Positions 12,681 to 25,170 are shown, counted from the first letter of the stretch. The stretch is 64,000 bases of DNA from Fimbriosthenelais zetlandica (GCA_977030845.1 OZ365116.1:16492001-16556000), one strand, 5' to 3'. Numbers and translations are program-made. Notes: generated from the letters alone by a model not told the origin.

Positions 12681-13317
12681 CCATTGTTGAGCCCACCAGA
12701 AAAGGAACTAGTGAAAGAAAAATGAATCATAGTCTTGGTGTTATCAGATATCCCAGAAACTCCCCTCCCCCATTTATGATATCCTGTGGTAGGAATCAAT
12801 TCGTGCATAAAGCCAGTTTGTTGAGGGATGTCATCTTCTCCACTTTGACATTTAAGGCAGTAGATCCACTGAGGTTTAAAGGGCATGTACTGCTTTGTGA
12901 GACGTGATTTCTAATGTGAATGTTTTCTATTAGTTCTTCATTAGAGATGTAGACTTGCCTCATATAGCGAATAAAGCTGAAGCCACGTCTTTATAAACAT
13001 GTCTTTATGGATTTCTGTAGGACTTTCTCAGTGGATTTCAGCCTTTACTCTGAATGATTTTTAGTGCCTGAGAATAGAACAAACGGTTAAGAGGGGCTTG
13101 GTTTTCCTTTGTGCTTAATTACTAGCCTGTTAATCCAATCAGGCAAGCATTGATTTTTGGGTCTGGGAGGATGGTAGAGCTTCTGATTTAATAGATTTTT
13201 AAAGCTACCACCTCCAGAAAGTCCCCATTCATTCATTTTATTCTGGCTCCTGCATCTATAGCAAAATGTTGGACAAACTTTGCATGCAAATAAATCATGT
13301 ACACATTGTAGCTGATC

Positions 13318-13357
13318 GGTTTTTAAAAACCTCAGGTGTTTTTAAAACCTCAGGTAT
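13318..13357 (+). repeat. Short direct duplication (~18 bp x2)
   Basis: ttttaaaaacctcaggt g tttttaaaacctcaggt. Confidence 0.8.
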
Positions 13358-13569
13358 CTTATATTGGGAAAGCAGGGTAGAGATAATGAAGACTATAATA
13401 GAGATTATTGGACAGAGATTGTAGGGCAGGGGTAATCTCTTGTCAGACAAACAATACGGGAACCCTGACCTTCCTGATTACCTCAAACCTCCAACAACTA
13501 ATGCATCATGGGTATACGCTCTGAGAATACCGTTCCCCTCTTCTCTCTGCTTTATGCACGCTCTCCTCT

Positions 13570-13700
13570 CTTTAAAAATACACCTTCTCCATTTCACCCC
13601 CTCTTCCCTTCCCTTCTCCTTCCCAGCCAGTAATGTTGGGACCTGACCTACATCTTATCCCTGCCTCCCCCCTCCATTACCCTCTCCATCCCCCACGGGA
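13570..13700 (+). repeat. Pyrimidine-rich low-complexity tract
   Basis: C/T-dominated run (caccttctcc...cctcttcccttcccttctccttccc...ctccccctcc). Confidence 0.55.
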
Positions 13701-13949
13701 TCCCAGGATTAACCCAGCTATTTATCCCTGCAAAATCACTCACCAATCTAATACCTCTATCCAGAGGATAAGCCACAAATCCTCCCCCATTGGTAATTCC
13801 CCTGTTTACATCCTTGATGATCTCTTACCTTGTTTTTGGTCACAAAGTCCCAGACCAGAAGGAGATCCGCATGAATTTTATTCAGATATATCAGCCATGA
13901 AACTGTATTTGTAACCGCATGGGGTGAAGGGACCGAGGAAAGGATGAAT

Positions 13950-14960
13950 ATTACAAAATACTTCCATCAAAACTATATCACGGCCATGATTGATGTATCC
14001 TGGGTCAGGTCCTCATTCCTCTGTGATGGTTTGCTACATACATTTGTGCTCCCAACTCTCAATGGTGTAGAATCACAAGTGATTCCATAGACGCTTCCTG
14101 CTTTTATACTGTGGTTTTGAATTTGAGCAAAAAGTGGAGACATCGCTGTTTTGTATGAGACCGTGTGCGTGTAGTCGACAACGATTTAAGCCACCACGAA
14201 AAAGGGAAAAATGACCTGAATTGATAAAATGGTGCCCGGGAAATGTCCCGCCTTGTAGATGCATGCTTTCCCACAGCGGAAAGGGACCCCAGGCGGTTCT
14301 TTTATATTCTCAACGTATAATCATATTACCTTATCTTTGAATTGCGATAAAAAGGGAGGAAGATGCATGTTCTGATAGCTAGCGTTTGTAATTTTATTTG
14401 ATATGGTGAGCTTAATCAGTCCTGCATGCAGTTGTGAGAGGGGGAGAGAATTAAAAAGCGGAGGAAGGTTTGTTTTAGCTTGGGATCTTGGCTGGCAGCC
14501 TTGGATGTGGAGTGGGGACCCGTTTCGTGTACTTATGGGTGATTGGCAGGCGAGCTGCTGCCTCTAGAAAATCAGAGTCTGGATGGGAGAATTATGGCAA
14601 AACACAGCAGGGACGTACTTAGCTCAATATAGAGGATCGAGATTACACCATCTACTACCTTATCTCTCTCTACTCCTTCATCTTCTTGTTTGTCCTCTTC
14701 TGCTGCTGTTCCTTTTCTTGATGCTCTCTATCTTTCTGCTCTTATTCTCCCTTCTTATATTCTTCTGTTCTTCATCCCCACGTCTCCACTTTCACCAACT
14801 CCTAACTATTCAAATGAACTAAAGGTGTCTGACTTTTAATTCCATTCAAAATCAAATTATCACAATCGAATTTAACTGTGCATGTCTGATTTCTACAGCG
14901 TTAAGATTACTTTGAGCCCCCACCGTGTGAATATCGATTCCATGGGAGCCCTGTGTGTCT
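13950..14960 (-). mobile_element. Penelope-like RT/GIY-YIG fossil
   Basis: Minus strand: decayed IDD/KF.-like words at ~14860-14950, a K/E/R-rich linker (the C/T-rich tract 14655-14800 on +), then FRCGKAC (~F.CGKC..C), ITCDS and GAQMYV (~ITC.S...CG.QYVG). Confidence 0.5.
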
Positions 14961-15019
14961 GTCCATTCTCCCATACCATCTCATATCATACCAAAATATC
15001 CACAACTTCCTTATGTTAA

Positions 15020-15660
15020 CTTCGGCTCACTAACTTCCAGACTTCCTTTATTGAATTATGTAGAATTTTGTCCAATATTTGCCTAGGGGTCGCGTCTGTG
15101 AATGCCCTGCGCCGCCTCCCTCCCATGCCTTCTCGCTCCCGCCCCGTGATGCCTACTTTGCATGTTCGATTCCTGACCGTCTCAACTTTCAGCTCGGAAG
15201 CCGACAGTAGCTTATAAAGTACCGGCCAGGGGGATGGGCATAGAATTCCCTGGGATATCTCGTGTATCCTGCAGGATAAGAGGGGCCAAAGCAGATGCCA
15301 GGGACTAAGTGGTGAACACTAATCAATACAACTTGTCGAATTCCACTCAGGTGCCCAACTTAGCACCTCTAACCCTATTATTCTGAGGAGGGTCGGCCAC
15401 TGCCTGCTGGATGGGCGGAAACACGAGGTTTTAGTCAATGAGATGCTCGCACCCTATTATATTTTGCCCCAATATTTGCTCACATATGGAAGCACTGGCG
15501 ACTGGGATGGTGTGAAAGGGGAAGGGATAATTGAAATACTATCTGGTGAGGTAAGGGAGTGGAGGGCTAAGGTTCTGGTCAGGGAATACAGGCTCCATTG
15601 GGAGGGTTCCTGCTGGAAATAAACCACATCAATTGATATATTTACCGTTCACAGCAATCC
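15020..15660 (+). mobile_element. Possible Ngaro-type DIRS tyrosine recombinase C-terminus plus SGNH-like ORF fossil
   Basis: GSLT / EF..(HSFRIG)AA-like words; LGSRQ*LIKYRP (~LGRW.S.A...Y.RP); downstream FHSGAQL (~IHLGGNDL). Weak and heavily frameshifted. Confidence 0.3.
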
Positions 15661-15849
15661 CAATGACCTAATCAGCCCAAATTTTTAACAAGGTAACCCC
15701 TCCTGGCCCATGTTATCCCATCTGACCAGAGTAACCTGAATTTAGAGTACCCAGTGCTTGTGTCAGGGAACCAAGAAGGGAAGGAGAGCCACTTGCAGAA
15801 GTAATGTAGATCTATGGACTGTCTCGTAGATATTAAGGTCTAGATTTCA

Positions 15850-16495
15850 AGGGCTCGCTCACCTGGTCAATAATTGGCCTAAGGTCCAGGTGCAGCCATA
15901 TATATATTAGACATTCTCTACACTGCCCTACAAACCGTCAGTGCTTCTATATGGCTTGTTTTTATTTTCTAAATTCGTAAAAAGGTTCCCACCTGCTTTT
16001 ACTTCCAACTTCCGTCAATCTCATGCCTACAGATCAATGGTGGAAATTGTGAACATGTGTTGTTGACACAGTTCTGTCAACAGTCTTTGCCGCAGCCTAT
16101 ATTGTATTTTGCGTTTCACATATTTGCCTTTCCACTACCTCGTGCTTGCATAATTTCCTGTTTGCAAAGGAGTTGACATATGATATATGATCTAAACGTA
16201 CAACAGAGTCTGCCAGTTTTACTGTTGTCCTCGCCTTCTGTATTTTATGTGGGTATCAAGTTAACAATAAGACCGGGTTATCTCAGTGCTGTCACTCACC
16301 TTGTGTAATAGTATACATAAAGGTGTAACACCTTTTTCACAGGCAATTTGACCTCGTCAGAACAGCCAATCATGTGGATGTAATGTGACGAGGCCGTAGG
16401 TCGAATCATATATGAACATGGAGAGTTCAATATCACAAATAGTATATTGTTGCAGTCTTTACTATCCCCACCCTGGATTTTATTTCTTTAATGAG
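15850..16495 (+). mobile_element. Penelope-like fossil (GIY-YIG end)
   Basis: tgtcct...ttttatgtgggt (CP...FYVG) at ~16227-16255, plus a decayed L.T..P.G.NE-like terminus at ~16450-16495. Confidence 0.35.
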
Positions 16496-16504
16496 GTTTC
16501 ACCT

Positions 16505-16650
16505 CACATTAGACAATTCTCGACCAGTCATAGCCCTGTCTGCTGAGTGCCAAGCGAGGGAACAACTGGTACCAATTTTTAGGTCTTTGGTTTGAACCCG
16601 CCGTGGTCGAAATGGCGACCTTCCACACATAGGTTCTTCCCACTGGAATA
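16505..16650 (-). mobile_element. tRNA-derived SINE with MetaSINE-like central domain
   Basis: Minus strand: GGAAGGTCG..TTCGA..CGGCGGGTTCAAACCAAAGACCTAAAAATTGGTACCAGTTGTTCCCTCGCTTGGCACTCAGCA..AGGG..GACTGGT. This closely follows the recalled pattern ACCAAAGACT.TAAAAATGGTAC....GC.TCC..GCTTGGC.CTCAGCA. Confidence 0.65.
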
Positions 16651-17449
16651 CATGTTCCTTGGCCTTACATGTAACGTGCATTACTGTATATGCCTACTCT
16701 TTCACTGAATATTGCATTGTGTTTATTGAAGGAACAATTTATCTTCCGTTTGAGCTTTTCCTCCGTGATAAATTTGGTTCAGGAGGAAAGTTTAAGCCAC
16801 AGAAGAAATGAAAGTAGACAATGGGAGGATAGGATCATTGTGTGATGTTTTTCCTTTGTGTTGATAACACAATTATCTCAGCTGTAAGGTTTTTATTGGT
16901 GGGAAGTGGATATGTCTCTCCTATTTCCTCTAGTCGGTGGTGCCTGTATTGGCCCCAGGCCATCCTCCATTGGAACCAGACAACTTTAGTGTGTGGGTGT
17001 GTTGTCTTTACCACTTAACTCTATTGCAGTCACTGAAACAAATATCTATATCCATATAGAAACAAATATATGATTTCCCTGACAAAAAATACTACCTGGA
17101 AGCATGTAAATATAGGTGAAGCTGGCGCTGTGGGGATTATGTGAGTTGCTATATTAGTATGTGGTGAGCAATAGATATGTATGGGTATCTGTTTCCCTCT
17201 TCAGATGGGGAGACCTTGAATATATGGAAACTCGGTTTGCCTTTATAAATTAAGTTAGACACATTTATATAGCCAGTGAAAAAGGCCAGGGATTGTGATA
17301 ATCATATTAGTCGGGTACTTCATCTGACAGACTGAGGCGGGTGGTAGGAGGAGAAAAACACCTTATTATGTGTGATATATCACAGCCCACCCTCCACACC
17401 CTCCATTATACCCCTCATATACCTCATTTTATTAGGCACCCATAAAATA

Positions 17450-18380
17450 TCGCCCATTAAAATATTACTTCTCTATTATTATGTAAAATATTAGACGTGT
17501 ACAGTAGTGGTCATATTTTACTCCCTCCTTCCCTCTAACTAAAAAGATAGAAAAAATAAGAATATCCTTGTTTAAATTTCCTTCGTGTGTTTCAAAGTTA
17601 GGCCTATATGAATTTCTGTGAGCATTCCAACTGAACTGGAAGCTGTCAGATCTATGCATCTAGGCACTTTTATTGATCGTAAAGGGCAATATTCAATACT
17701 TAAATATTGAATTAGTGAGTATCTCATTTAAAGCTGAAACTGATTCAAGTGATTGGCCATAATTAATTTCATAATATGCCATAATGACATTTAATCTCTC
17801 TTGGGGATAATACGTTGAGAATATAATTCAGAGATTTTACGCTAAGCTTCTGGTTGCTGTCTGGCTGCACATCTCACTGGCATAGTACATAAAATTCAAA
17901 ATACACTAAATCACAAGCCCAGCATCCCTGAACGGCCTGTTTTTAACTCACTAATGCAAGCTCCATTTACAATTCATAGCTGTATTTTCTGCTCTTCCCC
18001 CTGCTCAATTCCCATTCACGGCCTCAATTGAAACAGTCCATTGTGTGGTGTGCTAAAAAGCCCAGCTTCTCAGCTTTGAAATATGAGACACATGGCATTG
18101 TTTTCTGACTAACGCATATAGTGTGTAAGGCATGGTGAAGGACCGACCTCCGTTTTCCCCTATAAGCCGACTCTGCCAATTCCCCTACTTTGCCTTGCGG
18201 TTGTAAGTAGTAGGACAAATCGCGACTTAGAGCAGGTCTGCAGCGAAGGGCTAACAGGTCCGCAGTGAAGGGAGCAGCGTGGAAGTAAAGGGAGCAGTCC
18301 TGTAGTGAATGAAACAGGTCTGAAGCAAATAGGACCAGTTGCCAGTGGCAAGCCACCATCACCTAGTTTACAAGCCAATA
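17450..18380 (-). mobile_element. CR1-group LINE RT fossil
   Basis: In order: CFRPVSFTT (~NYRPVSLTS); AYRGKRRS (~GF.KGRS); VNG...ggccgttcagggatgctgggc (~VNG...SGVPQGSVLG); MH...N..SY...NKDIL (~MH.G..N...Y...EKDLG). Confidence 0.6.
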
Positions 18381-18752
18381 AAAACTGCCCCCTGACCCGC
18401 TACCTCCTAGATATTGCTTCACCGACGAAATAAAACCTGCATTGAACCCATCAAATCTTTTATTTTTCCACTGTCTTTTCATATATTGCTGTAAAAAGCC
18501 CCTTTACTTATATCCTGGCATTTTGGCCTGTAAATGTTTTATAGGATCATATTTATGGGTTAATGTGTCGAGTTTTTGCTCGCTTCTTTCTTTGCTCCAT
18601 CGTTATTGATGGGCTAATTCAATGTTTTTAAATGCCAAAATCTATTAGCTATAAAAGGTAAAAAGGGTCTTTAGAAACCCTGCCTGGACTGTTTAAATAT
18701 TTTCATTGCACCTGTTCATTGCACCTGTGCCTGATAAGTATCAGCTGCTATT

Positions 18753-18809
18753 AAGACGACTTAGAAATGCACATAGAAGACGACTTAGAAGTGCACAGCG
18801 AAGATCACG
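18753..18809 (+). repeat. 24-bp tandem duplication (2 copies + partial third)
   Basis: aagacgacttagaaatgcacatag / aagacgacttagaagtgcacagcg / aagatcacg. Confidence 0.85.
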
Positions 18810-20473
18810 TTCTTGTCTGTGGAATGCTCTAAGTTGTCTAATAATTCTTCCAAAAATCATTCTAACAGAGTTTAATACTCACAAATCTCAGATGTCATCA
18901 TAATAGACCTAGGGTACATCTGTGTTGACTTTTTTCTCAATCTAAAACCATTTTCCCACCCCAGCAGATGCCATTATGTTTCCATAGCAACCTGTAATAC
19001 CATAGAAAGCACCGACATGGAGTATAGCCTCAGAGAGACATAAATGGTTATGATATCTAGGGACGGATGGGGGATCTGACCCCACGATCAGCCCCCTGGC
19101 CCTCGGGCCACTACCCTCCATGGCATGCCCCATGATATCAGTGATAAGAGGTGCCAGACATACCAGGTGCATATTGCCCGAGTGATAAGAAAATTCCAGA
19201 GGGACAAGATCTCACAGAAGCTAGCCAATCATGTACAATGCCAGAAATGGTTCCCAGGATAGATTTAGGGCCACAGGACATTCTGTTTTATGAGCAATGA
19301 ATATTCAGCAATAAAGAGGAAACCCTGTTGTCTGTGCTAGATATCAGAAATGTATATAGATTTCCATGTACACCTTCATGGCTTTCACACATTTCCTTCT
19401 GTAATATAAAAATAACTTCATCTATAGAAATAGGGGAATACAATAGTACTGAATTAATCAGCCACTACTGTCATAAACAAAGGCCTGCAAGTTATGGTAT
19501 CAGAGTATTGAGATATTTAGAATTGTCTAAAGATTAACTCTTATTTAATGACTATTATTTGCATTAGCCATATTTGTATGATTGGTTTTAAATGTCTTCA
19601 AAACTAACAAACTTCTCTTTCTCTCTTATTTATGATCTGGGCTTCAATAGGTAAGTGTTTCCATCTATCTATCAATGTACTATGAGTACGAGGTGAGTCT
19701 AATAAGAGTAGAATAGTTTAAATCAATAGTGCTCAACCAAATGATTCATTAATCGATGAAATCCTGTCTTTGTTGTTATATTAGTGAGAGTAATGAGAAC
19801 CCTGACTTATTAATGCACTGTTTAAATTACTAAGCTTAAGTCAGGGCCTAGATCCAGTGAGGCCTTATCAGCATAACACTAGTTAAAACAGTGTATTTAC
19901 AGAGGTGTTATTTTTCTTTGAAAGAATTTCCTTCTTGGGGAAATTGGTAAGAAAATCTCTTTAAATAATGGGCCAGGGTTACTTTTTTATCCGGTCTTCG
20001 GCCATGTAATTTGAAGCTGGTTTCCAGTAAGAAAGGCTGTCTGTGAACAGCACACTCCCTCAGAATTTATTTTTGAACATTTCATTAGGCTCTTACTTCG
20101 CTGATCTTAGTCTGAAAACAGAGAGATCAGGTTTCAAATATAAAATTACAACCTTCTTTTGGTTATGGGTAGAGAAGGAAAAAGAAAAAAGCCTCTTATC
20201 CAAGCAGAGTTCCATTGGGTGCTATCTCTCCATAACAAAGGTAATTCTCAAGACCCTCACTGTGGAAGGGCAATGCCCGGCCATGGACAGGTCCTTATTT
20301 CAGCCCTGCACCTCCACTGATGAGGCTGGCCAGACTTGTGTTCAGGAGATAAATAGGCCCGAGTGAGGCACTTCTGACATTTGCCATGCCGGCTAAAAGG
20401 TTTGAATTATGGAGGCGAATAAGGAGGACAATGACAAGGAAGGGTTAACTAGTCAATCTACCTGCACGTTTGT

Positions 20474-21056
20474 ACAGTCATGAACTAGTTTATAGTCATG
20501 TACTGGTCCACTAGTTTATAGTTGTGTACTGGTCCATATTTGGATGGGACACTTATAGTCGTGGACTGGTCCATAATATGATGGGTCACCTATAGTCATG
20601 TACTGGTCCATATTATGATGGGACACCTATAGTCATGTACTGGTCCATATTATGATGGGTCACCTATAGTCATGTACTGGTCCATATTATGATGGGTCAC
20701 CTATAGTCATGTACTGGTCCATATTATGATGGGACACCTATAGTCATGTACTGGTCCATATTATGATGGGTCACCTATAGTCATGTACTGGTCCATATTA
20801 TGATGGGTCACCTATAGTCATGTACTGGTCCATATTATGATGGGTCACCTATAGTCATGTACTGGTCCATATTATGATGGGACACCTATAGTCATGTACT
20901 GGTCCATATTATGATGGGACACCTATATTATATATATATAGTCATGTACTGGTCCATATTATTATGGGTCACCTATAGTCATGTACTGGTCCATATTATG
21001 ATGGGACACCTATATATATATATAGTCATGTACTGGTCCATATTATGATGAGACAC
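20474..21056 (+). repeat. 37-bp minisatellite (VNTR), ~15 units
   Basis: Unit CACCTATAGTCATGTACTGGTCCATATTATGATGGG(T/A); period 37 confirmed (20587 to 20624); CTGGTCC core counted 15 times; left end degenerate with shorter units; two right-hand units carry (TA)n expansions. Confidence 0.97.
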
Positions 21057-21059
21057 AGA

Positions 21060-21420
21060 GGTTACAAAACAGGAGACTCATAGTAATAACACACTTCCTC
21101 TTGCACCTGATAAACTCTTCTGGAGTGACATTGCTTTGGATGACAGGTCGGTTCATTCCATCCCCTAACATACACCTCTGTCCCACTTTTATAATAACCA
21201 GCTGAACTCTTCCTCTTCTACCTGAATTCTTGTTACCATATTTGGAGCCGCCATGTCTGCAACAGGAGCCTGGCCTTGAAATTAATGTGAAAAGGGGAGC
21301 ATAACCTCTGACTGACACCTCTTTCAAAACACGAGCCACGCCTTGCCTTTCACCTTACCTTGTAATTGGTTTGAGAACACGGTGTTTGCCTTCCTCGAAC
21401 ATTTGCCAAGAGTTTTTGGC
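21060..21420 (-). mobile_element. CR1-group LINE RT fossil (pre-RT/motif 1 region)
   Basis: ORF 21043-21339 RVLKEVS..YAPLFTLIS...VQLVIIKVGQRCMLGDGMNRPV resembles RVLKEL...A.PL..IF...ANV.PIFKKG.R..PGNYRPV. Confidence 0.55.
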
Positions 21421-21715
21421 CACTTAAAATTCACCCGTGTAAACTTCCTAAAACTCCCCAGCCTTGACCCAGAGGAGGCGCTATTTTGTTCCTTTCTGAC
21501 CTGATCCTAAGGTCTCAGATCTGCTCTGACATTAAGAGCTTACGCCAGTTTAGAGGAAGTCTTCTAGTCAGATACATTTTCATCCTAAGGCTGTCTTTAC
21601 TCTTCTGGTAGATCTTTTGAGCACACAAAATCAGCTCTGTGAGAACGTATCCCAGAAGGTGCCTTCTTTTTAGTAACATCTGTAAAGCATCGTAAGATCA
21701 TAAGACCACAGTGGA

Positions 21716-22760
21716 TCAGTAGCTTATGAGGACCTTTTGAATATATTTCGTGCCTGATCCATTTTTTTCAAGGACCGCATGCATCTGAATGCGGGCCTGG
21801 AAGGCCGATAATAAGATTGGATTTTTATGATAATTAAATTTGCTGATGGTAGGGCCGGGCTTTGAACGATGAAATATTTTCCCTCGCAGACTTAACCAGG
21901 CTGCATCCAGCATTTTAGACTGACAGCCATCTTGTATATACGATTTGTCAGAATCGCCACATACATCATTCTCAATATAAGTTTTCCCCATGCGGGCTAC
22001 ATTGTTATAGACAACATAAAATAGATATTGTCATTTAATGTGATTTTTCAAAGCAAAAATGCATATACATGTATAGCATAAGGCTACACTTGCATTCTTA
22101 GCACATTTTCAGCGTTTTAGTCATTTTGAAATCAATCCGCAATCTTCTGTCACATATCGATGTACGAGACTAGCGGTCTGACAATTTTGCCCGGCTGAGG
22201 TAGAGATTCTGACATTAATTTATTTATTTCTCTCTTTGTGTACGAGTCTACCACATCTGATACCTACTGTAATTATAGGGGAGCCTATCCGACTAGGGAG
22301 GAACATTTGTATTCCTTTAGCTATCTATAATAATACTTCCACTATATTAATCATACTAGCGAGTCCCCGCACCAGCCTCTGGGGGATTCCGACTGTATTC
22401 AGTGATTCAACAGATAAAGCACGCCAGAAACTGGTCACAGAGTAGCCTGCCTGCCAGCACATACTGCCAGTTTTATGGGTACAAATTGCAAAATTTATGG
22501 CCAAGTAATAGAAGAAAAAGATAGGCAGATGGACCATTTTTCTATTGTAATAATAAATTTAGAGGTGAGGACATATGGCTATAAGCTGGCCTAGCCCGAG
22601 ATGCATAATGGTATTGGGCCTGGCTCACTCGGGACAGAACCAGACTTCAACACTAAAATGCTTGTGTGAGCAGAGTCCCAAACGTTAGACTCGGAATTTT
22701 GCACATTGCGGTGCATTCCAGCCTCTATACATTAGCAAGATGCCTGGGGCCCTTTATAAA
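21716..22760 (-). mobile_element. Penelope-like RT fossil
   Basis: In order: EPGPI..ISG (~PPGRPIVSG); ALSVESLNTVGIPQ..RGL (~TLDVESLYT.IPH..GL); KMLDAAW..RGKIFHRSKP...NYH (~FLD..I...I.T.L.RKP...S.HP). Confidence 0.7.
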
Positions 22761-23229
22761 CTTTTTAAACTCCCTTTGTGTCAGTGATTCTTACTGAGCC
22801 TGATTGATACAATACTGAGCCTGACAGTGGCTATAGAACGAACCCACCAGTTCGTCGTTGGTGCCTTGGCCTATAGCTAGTTTGCCTTTCTCAGCGCAAG
22901 GATATCACTATAAGAAAAGGCCGTTTAAATTGGTCTGAATGGAGCTACTGCCTTTGCAGTGTAAATAAATGACAATTCAGAACATCAATGTGGCATTAGT
23001 TGAAAGCTTCATAAAACTAAAATACAGTTCTATAAACTTTCTTTGGAGACAGCTTACAAATCGTGATTGAATGTGAAATGAGACTTTACTATGCAAAACC
23101 TGTCGCAGCACATCGCCCTCTCATTAGTGGAAATTCAACATAAAACAGCGATGAAATTACAAGGAAAGGTAAATCCCATCTGTCTTAATGATATCGAATT
23201 TTTTTTACAGAACTGGCCTTTGGGCTGCT

Positions 23230-24950
23230 ATAGGCCAGATCTTATGGGTGATCTTCATAAGTCCATAAAAGTAAAACCTAGCCGTATTGTAATAATTGAC
23301 TGTGATAAATATATATCCGACAAATAGTCTTATGGCATATCTTTACCATGTCCTAAGGCCTTAGGAAATTCCTGAACCAACGGAAAAATAGGGGTCACAC
23401 TCCATGACACACATAGAGAGAATTGAATTTGAATGGCTATATATATGAATGGATGCCCCTTGGCTGGCCGGGGATTGGATTTCATTTGAGTGGGTCTTAT
23501 CAGCTCAATAGAGCAGTTCCTTGTATTGAGGGGCAGGTAGTGAACAGCTGGTCTGTCTAGGAAGCCATTGACTGCCCCTACTCATACACTGACCCCTGCT
23601 TCCCCTTGGATCTGTTCAATCTGGGGCCTGATTGAAAAAATACACCCACTGGACTGCAAAGTCAGCAAGAAATATAAAAAATCTTGAACATATGTAGAGT
23701 AATTCTTATAAAATGACAATACACTACCCGATATTTGACTATTTTTCATATTCTTTTTTACCAGCATAGTTTGGATGGTTATGATTTGCTCTGTTCTGAT
23801 AGAGCACCGTCTGATGATTTATTTTATGACACCAGCCCTACTCCGCCACTTCCTCGTATGGCCTTGTACACATCCCCGGCTATAGAAATATCTGCAGATG
23901 TTCTAAATCACGCCAGGCTATAGAGATTGTCTCTGGTATTGTTGTGTTCGGGCTCGCCCCTAAAGAACTTAGGCTATAGATCCACTGTCATTCTCTGTAT
24001 GTATGACCATCCGTCTAACATCACTTGTACTGTGACCAGTTTGCCAGAAATCACGGCTGTAAATGCTGAGACATGTTCTGTCCTGGTTTGGTCTGGTCTG
24101 GTGTGGCAGACACTGAAAGCACACACCCACATGGTTATATGACGTCAGTAGGTCCGACGAACATCAAACCGATGCTTCCCAAAAAATAATTCCTGTTTTT
24201 GATCTATAAATCCTGAGTGGATCTCAACCCTTTGCAGCCAAGATGGACATAAGGGGACTGCGGAAGGGGAAGCAATAGGATCCTTTTTGGATGAAAAAGG
24301 TGACACGTATCAGGAATTCTTTTTGAATTGGTCCATGCTACTGCTGCCTTCATGGTCTATTCATGTCGAGTGAGACACGACACGAAAAGACTTCCGCTTA
24401 GTGAACCAGCGGATGTTGACATCTCAACAAGTGCTGTTTTTAGACTTATCACCTCACTACATACACCATGTTACCATCAAGTCAGGCAACTCACCACGTT
24501 TTTCCTAAGGCCATATTAAATGAAACTAACTCCGTTACTTGGCAACATTTCTGCCATAGGCGGGGTCCAATATTCTTAAATCACTGAGAAGTGGCTTCCC
24601 CAAGGTTCGTGCAGTATGCCTCGGATGATACAAGCTTTGGATACAGGCCTCACAGAGATCGCCTTAAGGCTTCTTAAAATTGCTTGTTGTACAGAGGTCA
24701 ACTTAGGTATTCACATAAATATGATGTGACATTTTGCCTCCCACTTTGTAAAGGTGGTTCAAATTAGAAGCTAAGATTCCATTCTGCTGGCCTTTAGAGC
24801 AGGTCGTGCATCTGGGAGGTGCTCATTGGCTGTGGAGTATAGACGTATTTTGTAGCCTTACAGCACTGATTAAGAGCCTGTCAATGTTGTATGGTCTCCA
24901 TAAATGGGTGACTGTCACGCTAGGCTGACAACAGTGTTAGCACCGGCGAC
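23230..24950 (+). mobile_element. Penelope-like near-whole RT fossil
   Basis: In order over ~1.7 kb: KSIKVKPSRIVIIDCDKYI (~IVIKPADKGG.IVI.D..DY); EPT; DVDI...TSLHTPCYH (~FLDV.I...LH..S.HP); RSGFPK (~RGYP); EYRR..SLTALIKS (~YRR..NL.D.LV.S). Confidence 0.65.
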
Positions 24951-25101
24951 ATATTGTTGTCACACGACAACAACCCGCTCTTCATTCCACTGCGAGGAAG
25001 CTCGCTAGCTACTTTTTTTGCCTCCTTGACAGATTGTTGTCAAGCCATGGAAATGTTCTCAACCGAGAAAGAGGGAGGGGCTGTCTGTGACAATGCTTCA
25101 A

Positions 25102-25170
25102 GGGATGAGATTCGAACCCAGAACGTTTGACTGGAGAAGATGGTATATATACTATGACCAACTGACCTGA
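25102..25170 (-). mobile_element. tRNA-derived SINE head (decayed)
   Basis: Minus strand GGTCAGTTGGTCATAG...GGGTTCGAATCTCATCCC, i.e. A-box-like and near-perfect B-box. Confidence 0.6.

Noticed and set aside
14583-14822. Hydrophobic Leu/Phe-rich ORF resembling a membrane peptide (similar ORF at 43336-43581)
   Set aside because: This is a by-product of C/T-rich low-complexity DNA; at 14.6-14.8 kb it is the antisense of a K/E/R-rich Penelope linker.
19495-19505. TGGTATCAGAG primer-binding-site-like 11-mer
   Set aside because: It is the plant-type iMet PBS, with no adjacent LTR end or gag/pol remnant. Likely chance.
20474-21056. CRISPR-like array (37-bp, partly palindromic repeat)
   Set aside because: The units are contiguous with no unique spacers, there are no cas genes, and the context is eukaryotic. 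It is a minisatellite.
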